Positions 21,201 to 29,372 of a DNA stretch of 64,000 nt are shown here, piece by piece. Position numbers and translations under genes: made by a program. The stretch's first letter is position 1. Every line of letters begins with the position of its first letter. The stretch covers positions 714,109 to 778,108 of the forward strand of contig JBFWNU010000003.1 in the NCBI GenBank assembly GCA_050250895.1. Reading direction: 5' to 3'. The stretch is from Vulcanimicrobiota bacterium. GTDB taxonomy: Bacteria > Vulcanimicrobiota > Xenobia > Xenobiales > JADMJV01. The notes beneath the pieces are model-generated. The model saw only the letters and a list, made by a program, of their open reading frames with translations. It was not told where the DNA came from and did not search any database.

Positions 21201-21287
21201 CTGGCCGAGATTATGGAGGCGGTCGGCAAGGCCCAGGCCGAGCAATCCGAGGCGGCGGGGCAGGCTGACGAGCCGAAACAGCCCTGA
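18252..21287 (+). CDS. Clostripain-family (peptidase C11-like) cysteine protease with long N-terminal region and C-terminal hydrophobic helices
   Basis: Candidate catalytic His in LLVGGHGG and Cys in LGSCLMG, followed by ASPE; C-terminal Gly/Ala-rich TM segments. Confidence 0.78.
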   Translation: MQVSNIHRTTTYRLNAPPRSAAKSTPDVDQAAVSGNSLDGLLESLKEAGLETPKRESERIAGSLEAGYESLVPFRRGNDKVVASLRTADELADFTALVLKQGASAELNDLNTATSTLEQQGGRIYFQREGTDLPTNAAGAALLLHRGETVSLVKADGEVVTASNLDEARQLGATPPDSSSESVILGQLLDRAASLKIGVAPYDASADEESPTKASNIAKNLKSMFGGKGASLESKAEYIKTLSEGGKLTVALPDDERKLPLPVVLGRDQLQALVTWSEAPTPEMTAFKDAYEKLQKNDVVLMAREQSGTNKGMLANSDARASYLNLVGGGEVVALLADGNLLSLKQPSDVVALETTGKVPGPPPTRYDGEKNPSDNLFMVYHVTPFDPIEKGNYEDLPLRLTEVGSSPHVDVVAMRSDLPNKRNLRVDRIQKGELQNLKTIDPKTAMSDPKVLEDFLFDTIMANQSDKHLRLLVGGHGGAEKGLLPDGEHNNAAADNAMQVDDFAGAIKKSLDRVEEATGKRPRISNLILGSCLMGNTSFIHALAKTGDIDVLCASPEVMMGSDPVGVIDYLNTPETADASPQDFAKYLVDMMSEAPAMPGGSKALHHADTYGAYDLSPAKAERFQKALNGFFGACLAEPETARFIKEDIAHCPTYGVNPIINVMFDVDDRDLIQVVERIKGDARINSKAIKEACDELLAATSEQVMLQKVSENYEGRKGPTIYMPVDGFDYDEKMGKTDLLANTDYKKFLDMIFEQPLQRTLGGSILTEINRFTEMMRTDKAEETKAEKTEETEEKKGLQDRLRDLLGGKDDSGWENSVHSLEDPVNVSGVRKVSKKIKALIRGTAGVAGAVAVGLVAAVPAAVVGLVLGARAGFTGTSLSGSSHVGGEKPRVLQTLGQAILAPAEESGIVKHQEVGYAKGQLSARFQGALVGAAKGAVRSALAGAAVGGLVGGLIAYGIAGIPTAILPGDPSKHHPPEGPDLAEIMEAVGKAQAEQSEAAGQADEPKQP

Positions 21288-21325
21288 GGTTCCCTCAAAA
21301 GTCAACCACGCATTCTTCGACGGCC

Positions 21326-22951
21326 CTACCGGAACTCCAGATGCCGGAACTCGAGTTCTTGCACTTGATCCGAGGGCTCGAGAACGATGAGTAAATGGTC
21401 AGTCTGACCCATGTCCTGGGGCAGGCTGACCTTTCCGTTAACTCCGTCGACCGAGGCCACAACCTGACCGGGCGTGAAATCGATGGTGTGTAGCGGTCCA
21501 TAAGGCTGCACCCCGGGGACATGCAGATAGTCCGACACGATGCCGGAAGCGCCGACCAGGCTGATCGCGTAGCCGCTATCTTCAGCGGCCGTGCGGGCGC
21601 CCACCTCACCCAGTTGAACCAAAAATCCTGGATGGCCTTGATTGCGGATCGCCCGAAAGGTCATCAGATTGATCTGAGTCGGAGTCTTGCGTCGAAAGAC
21701 GACCCCCGCTGTTTCGCCCGCATTGGTGTGGAGTATGCCCGAGGGAAGCAGGTTCTGGCATGAGATGACCTGCCAATCATCAGCCTGATTTGCACCGAAC
21801 CAGCCTCGCAGGGCCCGGGCTTGCGCATCTTCGACCGTACCGGGCACATAGCGAACCTCGGTGGTGAAGCGCCGGACCGGGCTCTCACCCTTTTTGGGCG
21901 GCGGCTGGGGAAAGGTGATCGTCTCGATATGCGTGTTGGGGTTGACCGGTCGGGTGGGCTGCTGTTCGAGTTGCTGGCGAAAGCTGGCCACGATCGCGAT
22001 GGCAAAGGTGGAGAGCACGATCATCACCACCAACAGGGTGATGAACAAAGTTTGAGACGCTTTGACGTTCTGCGTCTCCATGAACTCCTCGAGTTCGTTG
22101 CGGGCCTTCGGAGAGGCCACCGGCAGGTCGAGCTTGGCGTTGGGATCGAGTTCTGCCAGTAGCTCCATCAGCGAGCGTTTCATGCGCGAAGCGGAAATGT
22201 AGCGGTTGGCGGGCAGGTTCTGGGTGGCCCGCTCGACAGCCTCGATCAGGCCGCTGGGCAAAGGGGGATCGACAGTGGACAAGGGTGCCAACTGAAAGGG
22301 TTGAGGGGGGGTGCCGCTGAGCAGATGGTGCATGCTGGCGCCCAGGGCGTAGATGTCCGAGCGAGGCTCTGGATGACCTCGAACCTGTTCCAGTGGCGCA
22401 TAGCCCATGGTCCCGATCTGCGTCTTGGTGGAAGAGGTATCCACCCCTCGGGCAATACCAAAATCGACCAGCACGATCTGGTCGGTTCCTTCGCGCACAA
22501 TGACGTTCTCTGGCTTGATGTCGCGGTGGATCAGAGGCTGAGGGCGGGAATGGAGATAGTCGAGCACGTCGCAAAGCTGAATGGAGTAGCGGACTACCTC
22601 GGCTGGTGAAAAACGCTGGCCGTTCTGACGCTTTTCGTGGAGGATATGGAATAGGCTTTTGCCAGCGATGTATTCCATCACCAGAAACGAGCTATGGCCT
22701 TCGACGAAGTAGTCGATGATGCGCGGAATGCGGGGGTGGTCGAGGGTTTCTAGAAAGCGGGCTTCTTGTTCGAAGCGTCGGCTGAAGTAGATGTGCTCGG
22801 CCTGGTTACGAGCAATCATCTGCTTGAGAGCCACTACCGTATCGGCGTGAAGATCGCGAGCCCGATAAACAGCCCCCATTCCTCCTGCGCCAATTTGCCC
22901 CAGCACCTCATAGCGCTGGTGGACAACTGTTCCTGGCTCAAGCCCCGCCAC
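21326..22951 (-). CDS. Membrane-anchored Hanks-type Ser/Thr protein kinase
   Basis: GAGGMGAVY, VALK, HRDIKPEN, DFG and GYAPLEQ motifs; one TM helix and a C-terminal extracytoplasmic domain. Confidence 0.93.
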   Translation of the reverse strand: MAGLEPGTVVHQRYEVLGQIGAGGMGAVYRARDLHADTVVALKQMIARNQAEHIYFSRRFEQEARFLETLDHPRIPRIIDYFVEGHSSFLVMEYIAGKSLFHILHEKRQNGQRFSPAEVVRYSIQLCDVLDYLHSRPQPLIHRDIKPENVIVREGTDQIVLVDFGIARGVDTSSTKTQIGTMGYAPLEQVRGHPEPRSDIYALGASMHHLLSGTPPQPFQLAPLSTVDPPLPSGLIEAVERATQNLPANRYISASRMKRSLMELLAELDPNAKLDLPVASPKARNELEEFMETQNVKASQTLFITLLVVMIVLSTFAIAIVASFRQQLEQQPTRPVNPNTHIETITFPQPPPKKGESPVRRFTTEVRYVPGTVEDAQARALRGWFGANQADDWQVISCQNLLPSGILHTNAGETAGVVFRRKTPTQINLMTFRAIRNQGHPGFLVQLGEVGARTAAEDSGYAISLVGASGIVSDYLHVPGVQPYGPLHTIDFTPGQVVASVDGVNGKVSLPQDMGQTDHLLIVLEPSDQVQELEFRHLEFR

Positions 22952-23090
22952 CCTCGCTGACTTCGGGGCTAGCTACCCCTCCCCTTCGCTTTGAGGGGTC
23001 AGTTGAGCAAAAACCAGGGGGTCGACAAGCAGTCGACACTGGTGACTTCGAATCGGAAGGCGCCGGGCCCAACGCGCAGAAGAAGCGGGG

Positions 23091-25406
23091 GTGGGAAGCT
23101 TCCAGGCCGGAGACAAGGCTGAGGAGTTGCTGGCGGGTCACCCCGACGGCATCATTGTCCTGCAAGACAAACGCGTGCTTTACGCCAACCGGGCGGTCGA
23201 CGGACTGTTGATGCAGCCGGTGGAAGAGATCGATCTGGCTTTGCTTTCCCTCGACAGCCGCCCCGACCAGATCGACTTTCCGGTCGGCAAGCAGGGCGCG
23301 GTATCGCTGGAGTTGCGCTGGGAGACCTTCGATTGGGACGGCCGCCCCGCCGATGTGTTGTTTTTACGCCGGCCGTCGGGCATGCCGATCCTCCACTCCG
23401 AGATTCTGGCCGACTACGAGCGCCGCGCCGGACGGGCCGAAGAGCGGGCTCGCGTGGCCGACGAGCGCTTCCGCAGCATTTTCGAGAAGTCAGGCAAGGC
23501 GGCCGAGAAAGTAGAAGCTGCCGAAGCTCGGGCGGCCCGTTCAGAAGAGGCTTCGGCCGAGGCCGAGAGGCGCTTGCTTGAAGCTCTCGAGCGGGCCGAG
23601 GGGGCCGAGTTACAAGCGCGCAGGGCCGAAGAACGTACGCATCAGGCCAACCTGCGCTTTCGCAGAATCTACGAGATGTCCGGGGTCGAGGAACTCGAGC
23701 GCAGGGCTGAAGAGGCCGAAACACGGGCCGAAGAGGCCCAGGAACTGCTACGCGAGGTCGAAGAGATCAAGTCGATGGCCGAAGAGCAGGCTCGCTGGGC
23801 CGAGGAGCGGGCTCGTTTGGCCGACGAGAGGGTTGAGGAAGCAGACGAGCGTCTGCGGGTCCTGTATGAAGATTCCGGCGCGGATTCCGAATTGCTGCAA
23901 GAGTTGGAAGAGATCAACCATCGGCTGGTGCAAGAGATGCGCGGAGTCAAGCTCGAACTCGAAGAGTTGCGCCAGAAGGAGAAACGCCTGAGGATGGTGG
24001 CCGAGGCCGGACGGTTCACCATTTCAAAGCTCGAAAAGCAACTGGTCATCCAGCGCGAAAAGTTACAGCGGACCGAACTCACGATGCGCGATGCCGTCGA
24101 CCGGGCCCGCATTCTCGAACGGCGACTCGAGCCGGAAAGTCAGCTCGAGCGATTGGCCTTCGAAGACCCCCTGACCGGGCTGCCAGATTTCACCATCTTC
24201 ACCCGCTTGCTCGAGACGGCCATTGGCGCAGCCAAGGACGGCACGGTGCTGATGACGGTCGACCTGGACCGATTTCGCGTGGTCAACGATACTCTGGGTT
24301 CACGCACCGGCGACCGGGTTTTGACCGAGGTGGCTTCCCGACTGCGTCTACTGGCTCGCGATAGCGATCTACTGGGTCGACGTCGCGAGGACCAGTTCTT
24401 GTTGGCGGTGTTGGGCGACGAGGCGCACGGTCATGCCTCGGTGGTGGCTGAATCGGTCCTCGAGGCATTGCGCCGTCCCTTCGAGATCGACGGTCAGGTG
24501 GTCAAGTTGTCGGCCAGTCTGGGTCTGGCTGACGCCGGTCAGTCGGCCGAGGAATACCTCAGTCGGGCTGAGCTGGCTCTGGCCCAGGCCAAAGAGAACG
24601 GCCGCGACCGGCTGGAGCGATTCTCGGCCGAAACCGAGCAGCGCCGCTCGGGCCGGGCCGAACTCGAAGGCGAGCTGGTCGCCGCTCTCGCCGAGTCGCA
24701 GCTGGCCCTCTACTACCAACCCATCTACGAAATCGAGCAAGAACGGCTGATCGGCCTGGAAGCGCTCTTGCGCTGGCGCCATCCGACCCGCGGTCTGCTC
24801 ACGCCGGATCGGTTTCTCGAGGTAGCCCTCAAGGTGGGCTTGATCGTGCCCATCGGCGAGTGGGTCTTGACCGAGGCTTGCCGGCAGGCGGGCGATCTGC
24901 CGGGCGACATCTACGTTTCGGTCAATGTCTCGCCCCACCAGGTCATTCAGGCCGAGTTTGCCCAGCAGGTGCTCGAGGCGGTCGAGATGACCGCCATTCC
25001 ACCATCGAAGCTGGTGGTCGAAGTGCCCGAGGGGGTGCATGCGCTGGCCCCCGACCATGCTGCCCAGGTGGTGCAGAGACTAGCCGAGGGCGGAGTGGGC
25101 TTGGGGATCGACGACTTTGGCAGCGGCTACACCTCGCTCAAGCAGCTCGAGCCCGAGCGATTGCGTTTTCTCAAGCTGGATCGCACCCTGGTGATGGGGC
25201 TTCCCGACGATCCTCACTGCGTGGCCATGAGTCGGGCCGTCCTAGGTCTGGCTCAGAGTTTGGGGGTCGATGCCCTGGCGGAGGGCGTCGAGACGCAACA
25301 ACAGCTAGACTTTGTTCGGGAACTGGGTTGCCGTTTGGTGCAGGGATACTGGTTTAGCCCCCCGGTGCCGGATAGCGATGTCGCGGCCCTGGTAGAACAA
25401 GAGTAA
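23091..25406 (+). CDS. Coiled-coil GGDEF(degenerate)-EAL protein, likely c-di-GMP phosphodiesterase
   Basis: DPLTGL and DLDRFRVVND; GGDEF site reads RREDQF; EALLRW, DDFGSGYTS and AEGVET motifs intact. Confidence 0.9.
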   Translation: MGSFQAGDKAEELLAGHPDGIIVLQDKRVLYANRAVDGLLMQPVEEIDLALLSLDSRPDQIDFPVGKQGAVSLELRWETFDWDGRPADVLFLRRPSGMPILHSEILADYERRAGRAEERARVADERFRSIFEKSGKAAEKVEAAEARAARSEEASAEAERRLLEALERAEGAELQARRAEERTHQANLRFRRIYEMSGVEELERRAEEAETRAEEAQELLREVEEIKSMAEEQARWAEERARLADERVEEADERLRVLYEDSGADSELLQELEEINHRLVQEMRGVKLELEELRQKEKRLRMVAEAGRFTISKLEKQLVIQREKLQRTELTMRDAVDRARILERRLEPESQLERLAFEDPLTGLPDFTIFTRLLETAIGAAKDGTVLMTVDLDRFRVVNDTLGSRTGDRVLTEVASRLRLLARDSDLLGRRREDQFLLAVLGDEAHGHASVVAESVLEALRRPFEIDGQVVKLSASLGLADAGQSAEEYLSRAELALAQAKENGRDRLERFSAETEQRRSGRAELEGELVAALAESQLALYYQPIYEIEQERLIGLEALLRWRHPTRGLLTPDRFLEVALKVGLIVPIGEWVLTEACRQAGDLPGDIYVSVNVSPHQVIQAEFAQQVLEAVEMTAIPPSKLVVEVPEGVHALAPDHAAQVVQRLAEGGVGLGIDDFGSGYTSLKQLEPERLRFLKLDRTLVMGLPDDPHCVAMSRAVLGLAQSLGVDALAEGVETQQQLDFVRELGCRLVQGYWFSPPVPDSDVAALVEQE

Positions 25407-25428
25407 ACCCCGGTGGGGGCCGGGGTTT
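25405..25428. terminator. Hairpin, probable intrinsic terminator
   Basis: AAACCCCGG-tggggg-CCGGGGTTT at the EAL gene stop. Confidence 0.55.
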
Positions 25429-25495
25429 GGGGGATTGGGTGTCTTTGGGAGTATCCGTTGTAGGTATACAATAGCCTGTGCGGAACAGGTAATCT

Positions 25496-27022
25496 GTGAA
25501 CTGGTTCACAATCCGACCGCTCGTTTTGGCTGCTGTCCTCGCTCTCACGGGTTGCCACTCGCCTTCCGGTGAGTTGCTCGAGGGGGGCCGAACGCCGGGT
25601 GCTACCTCGACGGTCGCTGTCCGGGCGTCCCTGCTGGTGAGTGCCGAACTCCAGCAAAAGCCCGAACGGAACAGCCCCGAGTTGACGCTGGCTCTCGACT
25701 TTCGCCAGCGGGCTCCAGAGCGCAAGCTGCGGGTTCGATGGAAGGGCCCGCAAGGGCTCGAGTCAGACGACACCAAGCCGCTCGAACACCGGCGCCTCAA
25801 CCTGAGCGTGCGCAAGCCACCCAGTGGCTGGCCGGCCGGCGACTATACCATCGAGATTTTTCTGGACGGCGATTCGCTGAAGGTCATCGATTTCGAGATC
25901 GAGGCTGACCCCAACAGCACGGTGGCCCGACTGGCCAAAGAGGTCACCGCCAACAGCACCGATGACCAGGCTAAGGTCGAGGCGATCTTTGGCTGGGTGG
26001 CTCGCAACATCGACTACGATGCCGCCGCCTTTGTGTCGGGAGACTACGGTGACTGCTCGGCCGAAGCGGTGCTCGCGCGGCGCACCGGAGTCTGCTCGGG
26101 CTATGCCAACCTCTTTTACGCCATGGCCCAAACCGTGGGTCTAGAAGTGGAGGTTATCCCCGGTTACGCGCGCGGCTACGGATTGGGCGAGGTCGATCTG
26201 GACGCTCCGGCCAACCACGCCTGGAACGCTGTCAAGCTGGGCGGGCAGTGGCGGCTGCTCGATTGCACCTGGGGAGCCGGCTTTCTTGATGAGCGCCAGG
26301 CTTTCATACGCCGCTACGAAGAGTTCTGGCTGTTCACTCCACCGGGCCAGTTCGCCCGCTCGCACCTGCCCGACGAGCCCCGCTGGCAGTTGCTAGACAA
26401 GCCCATTTCTCGGCAGGCTTTCATGGACGGGGCCCAGGTGTTGCCCGCCTTCTTCAAATACGGTCTCGACCTGGGCACTCACGACCAATACCAGCTTGCC
26501 TCCGGTTCGCCGCTGGTGCTCGACATCGGTTGCCCCGAGGATGTTCACCTGTCGGCCCAGCTCGAGGGGGTCGAGGGGCGCAATGTCCTGGTCGAGTCCC
26601 GCCCGGGTGGCCAGCACATCGAGGTCCTCTTTCCCCGCCCCGGCGACTACACTCTGCGGATCTTCGCCGGACCGCAATCCCAGACGAAGTTAGCCCAGGC
26701 GGTCACCTATCAGGTTCGGGCCAGCCAGGGTGACGATCGCCAGTTTCCCGAGTTTTACGCCGACTACGTCAAGCAAGGCGCTCGCCTCTCCTCACCCCGA
26801 GCCTTCCGGCTCTTCGAGGGCCATCCTCAGGAGTTTCGTCTCTCCGCCCCCGGAGCCCAGGAGGTGGTGCTGGTGGGGGACGACGGTCAACCCCGGCCTC
26901 TGAGCCAGCGCGGCCAGGAGTTCACCCTCGATATCACGCCGCCACGCGGCAAACTGACGATCTACGCCCGCTACGGCGAGGACCGCCGTATGAGCGGCCT
27001 GGTCAGCTTCGAGGTAAAATAG
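25496..27022 (+). CDS. Transglutaminase-like lipoprotein (kyphoscoliosis-peptidase/hillarin-like architecture)
   Basis: Lipobox LALTGC; triad motifs VCSGYA, NHAWN and LLDCTW; FARSHLP..RWQLL; C-terminal Ig-like repeats. Confidence 0.85.
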   Translation: MNWFTIRPLVLAAVLALTGCHSPSGELLEGGRTPGATSTVAVRASLLVSAELQQKPERNSPELTLALDFRQRAPERKLRVRWKGPQGLESDDTKPLEHRRLNLSVRKPPSGWPAGDYTIEIFLDGDSLKVIDFEIEADPNSTVARLAKEVTANSTDDQAKVEAIFGWVARNIDYDAAAFVSGDYGDCSAEAVLARRTGVCSGYANLFYAMAQTVGLEVEVIPGYARGYGLGEVDLDAPANHAWNAVKLGGQWRLLDCTWGAGFLDERQAFIRRYEEFWLFTPPGQFARSHLPDEPRWQLLDKPISRQAFMDGAQVLPAFFKYGLDLGTHDQYQLASGSPLVLDIGCPEDVHLSAQLEGVEGRNVLVESRPGGQHIEVLFPRPGDYTLRIFAGPQSQTKLAQAVTYQVRASQGDDRQFPEFYADYVKQGARLSSPRAFRLFEGHPQEFRLSAPGAQEVVLVGDDGQPRPLSQRGQEFTLDITPPRGKLTIYARYGEDRRMSGLVSFEVK

Positions 27023-27023
27023 G

Positions 27024-27044
27024 GAGAGCGGCTTGCGCCGCTCT
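27024..27044. terminator. Hairpin between the convergent transglutaminase gene and tmRNA
   Basis: AGAGCGGC-ttgc-GCCGCTCT. Confidence 0.6.
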
Positions 27045-27046
27045 GT

Positions 27047-27428
27047 TGGTGGAGGTGGCGGGAATCGAACCCGCGTCCGAAAAGGACTTCCATAAGACTC
27101 TACGAGTGTATCTCAGGTTTTATTGTCGAGTCGGCGGCTCGCCTGAGCGCGATCCGGACGACTCCATCCCTCTAGAGTCCCTGCCGGCACGAGGGAGGAT
27201 GCCGGCAAGCTAGCCTCTATTGTTGAGCCTATCCCGCGCCTAGAGGCGCAGAGCGGGTAGACAGGCGGTTAGTTAGGCCGCCAAGGCGAGGGCGCGCTGG
27301 GGAGCGCGGCCTCTGAACTGAACGACGTTATCGTTGGCAGTTACGTTTAGGTTCCGTTGTTTTACGAGCACCGGAGCTCGACTCGCATCCTATGGTCAGT
27401 CTGCTTCCCGTCGAAACCAGTCACCCCC
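27047..27428 (-). ncRNA. ssrA: tmRNA (transfer-messenger RNA)
   Basis: 5' GGGGGTGACTGGTTTCGAC; 3' GCGGGTTCGATTCCCGCCACCTCCACCA; internal tag ORF ANDNVVQFRGRAPQRALALAA-stop after a TAACT-GCC resume context. Confidence 0.97.
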
Positions 27429-27517
27429 GTGTTAGATTTACGTCCTAATATTAGCACGTCTGGTCAAGGCCGTCTATTTGCGCCGTGTGAGCGATTCGTT
27501 AGCGTTGCGAGGAGATT

Positions 27518-27546
27518 TTGACCATGGTTAGAGACCATGGTATGGT
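27518..27546 (+). promoter_or_regulatory. Sigma-70 promoter of the TA operon overlapped by two palindromic operators
   Basis: TTGACC-17 nt-TATGGT; ACCATGGT at 27521-27528 and 27534-27541. Confidence 0.75.
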
Positions 27547-27552
27547 TGAAGA

Positions 27553-27801
27553 ATGAGTGAGCAAAAAGAGACGGTGGCGATTTCCAAATTCAAGGCGACC
27601 TGTCTGGAACTCTTGAAGAAGGTCAGGCAGACGGGCCAGCCTATCGTGGTTACTCGCCGGGGCGTGGCGATAGCTGAAATCATTCCGCCGACTCCCGAAA
27701 CCTCGACCGGGTGGCTCGGAGCCCTGGCCGACCGTGGTCGGATCGTTGGCGACATCGTAGCTCCGGTCGACGCGGAGGAGTGGGAAGTCCTCCAGCCCTG
27801 A
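27553..27801 (+). CDS. Type II antitoxin, Phd/YefM family
   Basis: ISKFKATCLELLKKV..TGQPIVVTRRGVAIA motif. Confidence 0.9.
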   Translation: MSEQKETVAISKFKATCLELLKKVRQTGQPIVVTRRGVAIAEIIPPTPETSTGWLGALADRGRIVGDIVAPVDAEEWEVLQP

Positions 27802-28193
27802 AGCTGCTCCTCGATACGCACGTTCTCCTCTGGTCACTGCTAGAACCAGACCGGATTTCCCAGAACGTAAGAAGCCTGATGGAGGCGCCCGACGGCGAGA
27901 TCTGGCTTTCTCCGATAACAACCTGGGAGTGCCTGCTCCTGGCCGAAAAAGGACGGGTCGAACTCATCCCGGACGGTCGGGCCTGGATGCGTGACGCCTT
28001 GCGAATTACAGGAGCGAGGGAGGCGCCTCTCGGTCACGAGGTGGCTATCTTGAGCCGAACCATCGGGCTCACTCACCAGGACCCAGCCGATCGCTTCCTG
28101 GCCGCCACGGCAGCGGTCTACGACCTTACCCTGGTTACGGCCGACGAGCGTCTTCTGAAGGGGAGCGGTTTCTCCGCGATCGATTGCCGCTGA
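27798..28193 (+). CDS. vapC: Type II toxin, VapC/PIN family
   Basis: LLLDTHVLLW, SPITTWE, HQDPADRFL and LVTADER motifs; probable start CTG at 27798 overlapping the antitoxin stop. Confidence 0.9.
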   Translation: MKLLLDTHVLLWSLLEPDRISQNVRSLMEAPDGEIWLSPITTWECLLLAEKGRVELIPDGRAWMRDALRITGAREAPLGHEVAILSRTIGLTHQDPADRFLAATAAVYDLTLVTADERLLKGSGFSAIDCR

Positions 28194-28347
28194 ACCTGCG
28201 TGGCAGCTCCAGGTGCCAGCCACGATAAGCAGCCGGAGGCATTCTTCCGCTCTCGAGTTCCTCCACGATCTGCTGGCTGAGGATAGGGACCGGGTATAGT
28301 CCGCCCACCCGCCCTGACGCCCTTTCTTTCTTGCCTCCATTCACGGT

Positions 28348-28376
28348 TTGCCCCCTGCCCCGGCAGACGCTATACT
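28348..28376 (+). promoter_or_regulatory. Sigma-70 promoter of the Fur-family gene
   Basis: TTGCCC-17 nt-TATACT, 8 nt before ATG 28385. Confidence 0.6.
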
Positions 28377-28384
28377 GGGTAGCA

Positions 28385-28750
28385 ATGATACGATCGACCC
28401 GCCAGCGAAGTGCCATTCGCGAGGCCATCAAAGCAGCCGGAAGGCCACTTTGTACCGACGAGATTTTACAACTGGCTCGCCAGGAAGTGCCCAATCTGGG
28501 TATCGCCACCGTCTATCGCGCCGTCAAGGCCCTGCTCGATGAACGCTGGCTTCACGCCGTGGAGTTGCCGGGCCAGACTACGCTCTACGAGCGCGCTGGA
28601 CTGGGGCATCACCATCACTTTCACTGCCGCCAGTGCGGCAAGGTCTACGACATCGACGGCTGTCCTGGCAATCTGGGGCGTCTGGTCCCAGAGGGATTTC
28701 AGCTTGAAGACCATGATCTGACCCTGTACGGTCGCTGTGACGCTTGCTAG
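28385..28750 (+). CDS. Fur-family transcriptional regulator
   Basis: TRQRSAI, GIATVYR, HHHHFHCRQC and terminal GRCDAC motifs. Confidence 0.92.
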   Translation: MIRSTRQRSAIREAIKAAGRPLCTDEILQLARQEVPNLGIATVYRAVKALLDERWLHAVELPGQTTLYERAGLGHHHHFHCRQCGKVYDIDGCPGNLGRLVPEGFQLEDHDLTLYGRCDAC

Positions 28751-28820
28751 ACGATCGCAAGGTGACTAGGGTTCGAATCGCCAGTCTCTAGCGGCGTCGT
28801 CGACCGAGGACAGGCCGATT

Positions 28821-29372
28821 TCAAAGGCTCTCGAGCCCTTCGCGGGCCTGGGTGAGGAAGGTCTCTATCTGTTCTAGCAGGCGCTCGGCCAAATGGCATT
28901 CGCCGCGCGCGATGAGGGCGACCACCTCGAGACCCAGGCCCAGGGCGTCGGCGCCGGAGTTGACGGCTTGCAGGAAGACTTCGACCACCTCTTCGTCGCT
29001 TTCGTCTTCAGCCACTACCGAGCCGGGACTCCAGTCGGCCAGCTGGCTGGCCAACCAGGCTTCGGCTCCGTTGAGGCGGGCCTGGCGTTCGGCCGGGTCG
29101 AGGCGGGGATAGTCGGCTAGAAGCGTGCGTAGGTAGGTTACGAAAGGCGGGCGGTGGACGCCTTGCAGGCGACCGAGAGCGCGCTCGATGGCCCGGGCCC
29201 GAATCTCGGAGTATTCGAACTCGTCGTCTTCGTCCTCTTCAAACTCGTCGGGTTCAGGCTCGGTGGCGGTGACTTCGCCCTCGGTCTGGGGCAGGTCACC
29301 TTCGAACCGGTCGTCTCGACGGGCCTGCCCCTCCTCGTCCTTCCACTCGAGCTTGAGGTCGACCTCGCTCAC
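28821..29372 (-). CDS. Hypothetical acidic helical protein
   Basis: GTG at 29372 overlaps the upstream TGA (GTGA coupling); acidic N-terminal part and amphipathic helices. Confidence 0.7.
   Translation of the reverse strand: MSEVDLKLEWKDEEGQARRDDRFEGDLPQTEGEVTATEPEPDEFEEDEDDEFEYSEIRARAIERALGRLQGVHRPPFVTYLRTLLADYPRLDPAERQARLNGAEAWLASQLADWSPGSVVAEDESDEEVVEVFLQAVNSGADALGLGLEVVALIARGECHLAERLLEQIETFLTQAREGLESL

Noticed and set aside
27047-27080. tRNA gene or prophage/island attachment site at the tmRNA 3' end
   Set aside because: The T-arm and CCA belong to tmRNA; no integrase or duplicated 3' end is visible in the window
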